Assembly: GCA_040219255.1 (NCBI GenBank)
Contig: JAVJSW010000029.1
Coordinates: 1 to 19,577 of the forward strand
DNA from: Sumerlaeia bacterium
GTDB taxonomy: Bacteria > Sumerlaeota > Sumerlaeia > SLMS01 > JAHLLQ01
DNA length: 19,577 nucleotides
Direction: 5' to 3'
The position numbers were made by a program, and so were the translations under genes. Numbering within the stretch: the first letter of the stretch is position 1; every line of letters begins with the position of its first letter. Positions 15,544-19,577 of this stretch are shown here, piece by piece. Under the pieces are notes generated by a model. The model made no database searches. It saw nothing but the letters and a program-made list of their open reading frames with translations, and was not told where the DNA came from.

Positions 15544-17232
15544 ATGACAGACAGAGCTATCGGCAAACTGGTCGGCAATACCGGCGACCCATCGAACCTT
15601 CTGATGGTGTTGACATCCTCGTTCGCGTGCCGACGCGGGGAATTCGTACGCGTATCCCACCAAGAACGGCAGGAAGACTCTCCGACGGATGTCTTGGCGA
15701 GGATCGTGAGCATCAACCGGAGTAATGTTCTGTACAACTCAGGGCTTGGACAAAGCGTTTCCGACCTGGAATTGCTCCCTGGTGCGCAGGTGACAGGTGA
15801 ACAGCTTACGGCGCATCTCGATGTCGTTGGCCTGAAGGATCCGACAACAGGCGAGATCCGAATTCCGCGTCGGCCATTGGATCCTGGATCGCGGGTAGAG
15901 AAGGTTGACTTTTCTTTCCTTTCGGACTTCTACGGGTTCTCTGAGCATGGTAGCCTACACATTGGTAACCTAGTCGGTTACGAGAAGGGCGACGAAATTG
16001 TCCCTGTCTATCTCGATGTGAACAACTTGGTGACCGAGCACTTAGCCGTTCTCGCGATGACGGGATCCGGCAAGAGCTATACAGTTGGCCGGATCATCGA
16101 GCGCCTTGTTGCCTTCCACAACGGCACCGTTGTCGTCTTTGACCCTCACGGCGAATATGGCAAGGCCTTGCAGGGAGGCCACCTCCGTTTCAATCCAGCA
16201 TCGGCTGACGTCGAAGACCCGCGTGACAAAGAAGCACTCTCACGCATCAGGGAAACGATCGAGAAACTGCAAAAGGCAGGCGGTGGGGTGAAAGTCTATA
16301 CACCGCAGGACCGAAGCTTTCGGGAAAAGTACGCTGGCACCAATGCTGAACTGGCCCTTCAATTTGATCGCTTCGAGATGGATGAGGTCAGTGAGATCCT
16401 GCCTGGCTTGACGGAGCCGCAGCAGCGCGTTCTGGATGTTGCCATCCGTTACTGGTGCATCAAGGAGCCATCATCCCCGCGAGACATCAATCGGCTACGC
16501 TACTACCTTGGAGATGGACTGGATGAACTTCGCGGATGGGATGAACTTTCACAGGCAGAAGCGCAAGCGCTGAACGGTCGAAGTGCCGCAGTAGCGAGCA
16601 TGAAGCTTTCCCGAGTTCTCTCGGAAGCCCAAAGCTTCTACCACGCCGCATTGTCAGGTGCGACGGACATCTACGAGATGATCGGCAGGCCCAGCGACAA
16701 GAAGGGTCGGATGGTTGTGATCGATCTCCAGGGCATAGGTGACACTGCGAAGCAGGTCGTGACCGCGCTGATATCCGGCGAGATCCTGAGGGCCGCATCA
16801 AGCAAAACGGATCGTATTCGCCCTGTCTATCTTGTCTACGAAGAGGGGCACAACTTCGCACCCGCTGGTGGGCACACCGTCAGTCACCGTATCATCAAGA
16901 AGATTGCAGCAGAGGGACGTAAATTCGGAGTCGGATTCGCCATCATCAGTCAGCGCCCATCGAAGTTGGATTCGGACGTGACGTCTCAGTGCAATACCCT
17001 GATCACGATGCGCCTGAAGAACCCTGATGACCAGCGGTTCATTGCCAAAACCAGCGACATGGTCTCGAAAGCCGACATTGATGAGCTGCCACACCTTTCC
17101 ACGGGGGAGGCGTTGATTTGTGGCCGCTCAATTCCCGCTCCGTTGCTGGTGAAGGTCGGAACAAAAGCTCTGGTACACGGCGGTGAATCCCCTGCTGTGC
17201 TGGAGGTCTGGGGTACCTGGAATGCTGAATGA
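15544..17232 (+). CDS. herA: HerA/FtsK-family ATPase (helicase/translocase HerA) with N-terminal HAS barrel, 562 aa
   Basis: AGGAGA RBS. HAS-barrel-like start IGKLVG...RRGEFVRV; HLAVLAMTGSGKS Walker A (16054-16077); VVVFDPHGEY; Walker B LVYEEGHNFAP; IAAEGRKFGVG..IISQRPS.LD.DV.SQCNT; LSTGEALI.G. Confidence 0.95.
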   Translation: MTDRAIGKLVGNTGDPSNLLMVLTSSFACRRGEFVRVSHQERQEDSPTDVLARIVSINRSNVLYNSGLGQSVSDLELLPGAQVTGEQLTAHLDVVGLKDPTTGEIRIPRRPLDPGSRVEKVDFSFLSDFYGFSEHGSLHIGNLVGYEKGDEIVPVYLDVNNLVTEHLAVLAMTGSGKSYTVGRIIERLVAFHNGTVVVFDPHGEYGKALQGGHLRFNPASADVEDPRDKEALSRIRETIEKLQKAGGGVKVYTPQDRSFREKYAGTNAELALQFDRFEMDEVSEILPGLTEPQQRVLDVAIRYWCIKEPSSPRDINRLRYYLGDGLDELRGWDELSQAEAQALNGRSAAVASMKLSRVLSEAQSFYHAALSGATDIYEMIGRPSDKKGRMVVIDLQGIGDTAKQVVTALISGEILRAASSKTDRIRPVYLVYEEGHNFAPAGGHTVSHRIIKKIAAEGRKFGVGFAIISQRPSKLDSDVTSQCNTLITMRLKNPDDQRFIAKTSDMVSKADIDELPHLSTGEALICGRSIPAPLLVKVGTKALVHGGESPAVLEVWGTWNAE

Positions 17233-17800
17233 CATATTCATTCAACAGATCGCGAGCATGGAGAAAGCTCGCGTATTACTCCCCATCTGGACAGATTGGG
17301 GTGTCGATGACTGTGGGGTCACGATCCACAGCCTTGGTGTCACGTACCTTACTCTCCTGGGGCGGGAGTTGAGATATTGCGCAGCCTCAGAACTGCCAGC
17401 ACCGCGTGAAGGTCAATACGGCCATGTTTTTGCAGACGTTCGATCAGATTCGGTCTGGTTCCAGAAGGATAGCCATGAGGTTGCCTTGCTGGCTGAATTC
17501 GAGCGCTACACGGGTCAGCGGAAAGACCTAAAGCCAAAGGTCGAAAATCTCCTGCTGGCTCAGCACCGCTGGGAGGTTCCCGATTGCAAACTGCTGATGG
17601 CTTACTGGACCGAAGGTCTGGTGTCTCTCCCGGATCATGGGGAGCTGCGCTCGGTCGTTTCGAGTGGCTTTACCACCAGCGTCAGAGAAGAAGTTTCCGG
17701 TGGTAACTCCGGGACCATCCAATTTCTCCAGTTTGTCATGACGAAGGGACGCGACGGTCTCCTGCGACTTACGGGAATTGTTGTCAGAGGCAACGGCTGA
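17222..17800 (+). CDS. Small putative PD-(D/E)xK-like (restriction-endonuclease fold) protein, 192 aa
   Basis: The probable ATG at 17222 overlaps the end of herA, and there is a TGATG overlap with the kinase gene. The pattern is helix-LGRELRY-AASE...VRSDSVW (D at 17447)...LLAEFE (17495-17503)...K.K..NL, which matches the ExE variant of the PD-(D/E)xK fold. The fold call is inference. Confidence 0.6.
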   Translation: MLNDIFIQQIASMEKARVLLPIWTDWGVDDCGVTIHSLGVTYLTLLGRELRYCAASELPAPREGQYGHVFADVRSDSVWFQKDSHEVALLAEFERYTGQRKDLKPKVENLLLAQHRWEVPDCKLLMAYWTEGLVSLPDHGELRSVVSSGFTTSVREEVSGGNSGTIQFLQFVMTKGRDGLLRLTGIVVRGNG

Positions 17801-19224
17801 TGAAGAATAAGAAGCCATACTTCATGCCAAGCGCAGACATGGTTCTCGGTGACCGGTATCGTCTGCATGAATGCCTAGGAGACGGATCGTACGGATGGGT
17901 GTGGCGATCAACAAACCTAAAAACAGACCGAATTGTAGCTGTAAAGGTCCCCAAACAAATAGCCAGATCGGACAACGAACTTCTGGAAGGAAAGATACTC
18001 GTTGATAAACCCCCGCACCCCAATGTCGTACAAATCTACTGGATGGGCCGCGTTCCACCAACTAAAGAGTGGTTCGTAATAGAAATGGAATACTTTCCCT
18101 CTATCACGTTGGCTCGGATGCTGGATGAAGGTGATCAAGGTCTTGTTTTGAAGTACGACAATGTTCTCGACCTGTTTACTCAAGTTCTCGAAGGAGTAAA
18201 ATATCTTCATGCTTTTGGAGTTGCTCACGGTGACATCAAACCCCAGAATATCCTAGTTTCTGGAACTCACGTGAAAATCACAGATTTTGGCTCCTCGGTG
18301 AACCCTGACGACATCTATGCAAGAACAAGAGAGAATGGAGGGACAATACTTTATTCTGCTCCTGAAGTAGCAGGCGTCTCGGTGAAGTTCAAAGACAACT
18401 CAGTATATTACAAGGCCGATATATACAGCCTTGGCGTACTCTTGTATCACATGGTAACTTCCCGGCTGCCACACGATACATATAGCCAAGTGACTCGCCA
18501 TGTACCGTTCCCCCTGCCATCTGAAGTCAACCAAACCGTATCTCCACAGCTTGAGCAAGTCATTATGAAGTGCCTTGAAGTTGATCCTGCCAATCGCTGG
18601 TCGGACGTTGAGGAGATGGTGTCGGCATACAGGTCCGCCAGGCTGGCACAGCGAGCTTTTGGGGAAGTCCAGCGGCTGGTGCCTTTCACTTCCAAGAATA
18701 CTGACTGGTCAACCGACGCTGTTCATTTTCTGGAATCAGAGGAATACGGTAGTGCCGCAGAAGTGGCGAAGCGGGAATTCGCCAAGACAAAGGATGAGCA
18801 GGCCTACCTGCTGATGTTGAAGTCGTATATGAAGGAAGGAAGAACATTCGACTGCATTGAAGCCCTTGGTCATCGACATGATCTATATGATGCCGAAGGG
18901 CCGGGTGCGGTGGAGATCCGACGACTTGCCCTTACCGCTTTCCTGAAGGCCCAGTATATCTCTGATGCTCATCGTCTGGTAACAAAATGCCTGGAAGATG
19001 ATCCCGATTCTCCAGATCTGCAACTGAAGCAGGCGGCCATTCTCGGGATGGAGGCTCAGTATGCCCCCGCCGTCGAAATACTGCTTCGGCTGAACAGAAA
19101 GTATCCGGGCACTCCAGGTATCTTAAAGCGATTAGCGATGGTTTATGAGCAACTGCGAGATCCTGGGAAAGCGAAAGCTTTCAAGAGAGCATGGGAAAAA
19201 ACCTCAGGAAATGCCTCTTCTTGA
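17800..19224 (+). CDS. Hanks-type Ser/Thr protein kinase with C-terminal TPR-like repeats, 474 aa
   Basis: LGDGSYGWVW Gly loop, VAVK, alphaC E (LLEG), HPNVV, HGDIKPQN (18226-18249), DFG, GT..YSAPE, DIYSLG and the subdomain XI DPANR. C-terminal helices have TPR-like turns (CLEDDPDSP, LNRKYPGTP.ILKRLAMVYEQL.DP.KA). Confidence 0.93.
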   Translation: MKNKKPYFMPSADMVLGDRYRLHECLGDGSYGWVWRSTNLKTDRIVAVKVPKQIARSDNELLEGKILVDKPPHPNVVQIYWMGRVPPTKEWFVIEMEYFPSITLARMLDEGDQGLVLKYDNVLDLFTQVLEGVKYLHAFGVAHGDIKPQNILVSGTHVKITDFGSSVNPDDIYARTRENGGTILYSAPEVAGVSVKFKDNSVYYKADIYSLGVLLYHMVTSRLPHDTYSQVTRHVPFPLPSEVNQTVSPQLEQVIMKCLEVDPANRWSDVEEMVSAYRSARLAQRAFGEVQRLVPFTSKNTDWSTDAVHFLESEEYGSAAEVAKREFAKTKDEQAYLLMLKSYMKEGRTFDCIEALGHRHDLYDAEGPGAVEIRRLALTAFLKAQYISDAHRLVTKCLEDDPDSPDLQLKQAAILGMEAQYAPAVEILLRLNRKYPGTPGILKRLAMVYEQLRDPGKAKAFKRAWEKTSGNASS

Positions 19225-19246
19225 ACGACGATAGTGTACGCTGGAA

Positions 19247-19528
19247 GTAAGCGTCAGTTGAGCCACGTCCCCGGCGGCCTTGCCATCGTCCGTGGCAGGG
19301 CGTAGCGTCTCCACGAGCCTCGAGCCCGCTTGGCCTGAGGAACCACCGTTTCGTTCGCGTTGGTCTCTTGCGGATGTTGACTGCTGTGTAAGCGTCAGTT
19401 GAGCCACGTCCCCGGCGGCCTTGCCATCGTCCGTGGCGGGGCGTAGCGTCTCCACGAGCCTCGAGCCCGCTTGGCCTGAGGAAGCACCGTTTCGCTCGCG
19501 TTGGTCTTTTGCAGATGTTGACTGCTGT
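19247..19528. repeat. Tandem direct repeat, 2 x 141 bp
   Basis: Copy 1 is 19247-19387 and copy 2 is 19388-19528. Both run GTAAGCGTCAGTTGAGCCACG...GATGTTGACTGCTGT, with 5 substitutions counted by eye and no indels. Confidence 0.95.
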
Positions 19529-19577
19529 CGAGTCTTCAGCCGATTTCGGCCGCATCCTCGGTTGCAGCCCGAGCCGC

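Larger units (their letters stand above)
1..19224 (+). other. Defence island (CBASS plus a methylation-associated multi-gene operon)
   Basis: The recognisable genes belong to families commonly found in defence loci, and all are co-oriented and tightly coupled. No housekeeping genes are present. Confidence 0.85.

Noticed and set aside
2089-19224. Assignment to BREX/Pgl, DISARM or MADS
   Set aside because: There is no PglZ-type phosphatase and no DrmA/B/C helicase or PLD. As I recall it, MADS does not include a NurA-HerA pair and has a different gene order. The similarity is treated as analogy only, pending HMM searches.
19181-19555. Minus-strand ORFs of 124 and 83 aa over the tandem repeat
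   Set aside because: They are open mainly because the 141-bp unit is a multiple of 3. They have low-complexity composition, no motifs, and overlap the end of the kinase gene.

Overview
The window is a defence island. Fourteen main CDSs all lie on the + strand and are tightly packed, mostly with ATGA/TGATG overlaps or gaps of 1-30 nt. (1) 1-2058: a type I CBASS operon with a 5'-truncated CdnE-like CD-NTase and a Cap15 2TM/beta-barrel effector, followed by a 207-aa protein carrying a HEPN-type RxxxxH motif. (2) 2089-19224: an 11-gene operon I do not recognise as a described system. It encodes an HsdM-like N6-adenine MTase, an HsdS-like two-TRD specificity subunit, a probably inserted YhcG/DUF1016 nuclease, two uncharacterised winged-helix-like proteins, a 1421-aa P-loop/AAA+-type ATPase, a 272-aa unknown, a NurA-like protein with apparently degenerate catalytic motifs, a HerA ATPase, a small PD-(D/E)xK-like protein and a Ser/Thr kinase-TPR protein. 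No HsdR or PglZ is present in the window. Fine structure includes four in-frame 25-bp palindromes inside yhcG, a fifth palindrome of the same geometry in a 24-codon linker ORF, mosaic TRDs with a C-tract in hsdS, and a 141-bp tandem duplication at the right end. Family calls come from motif recognition by eye; no searches were run.
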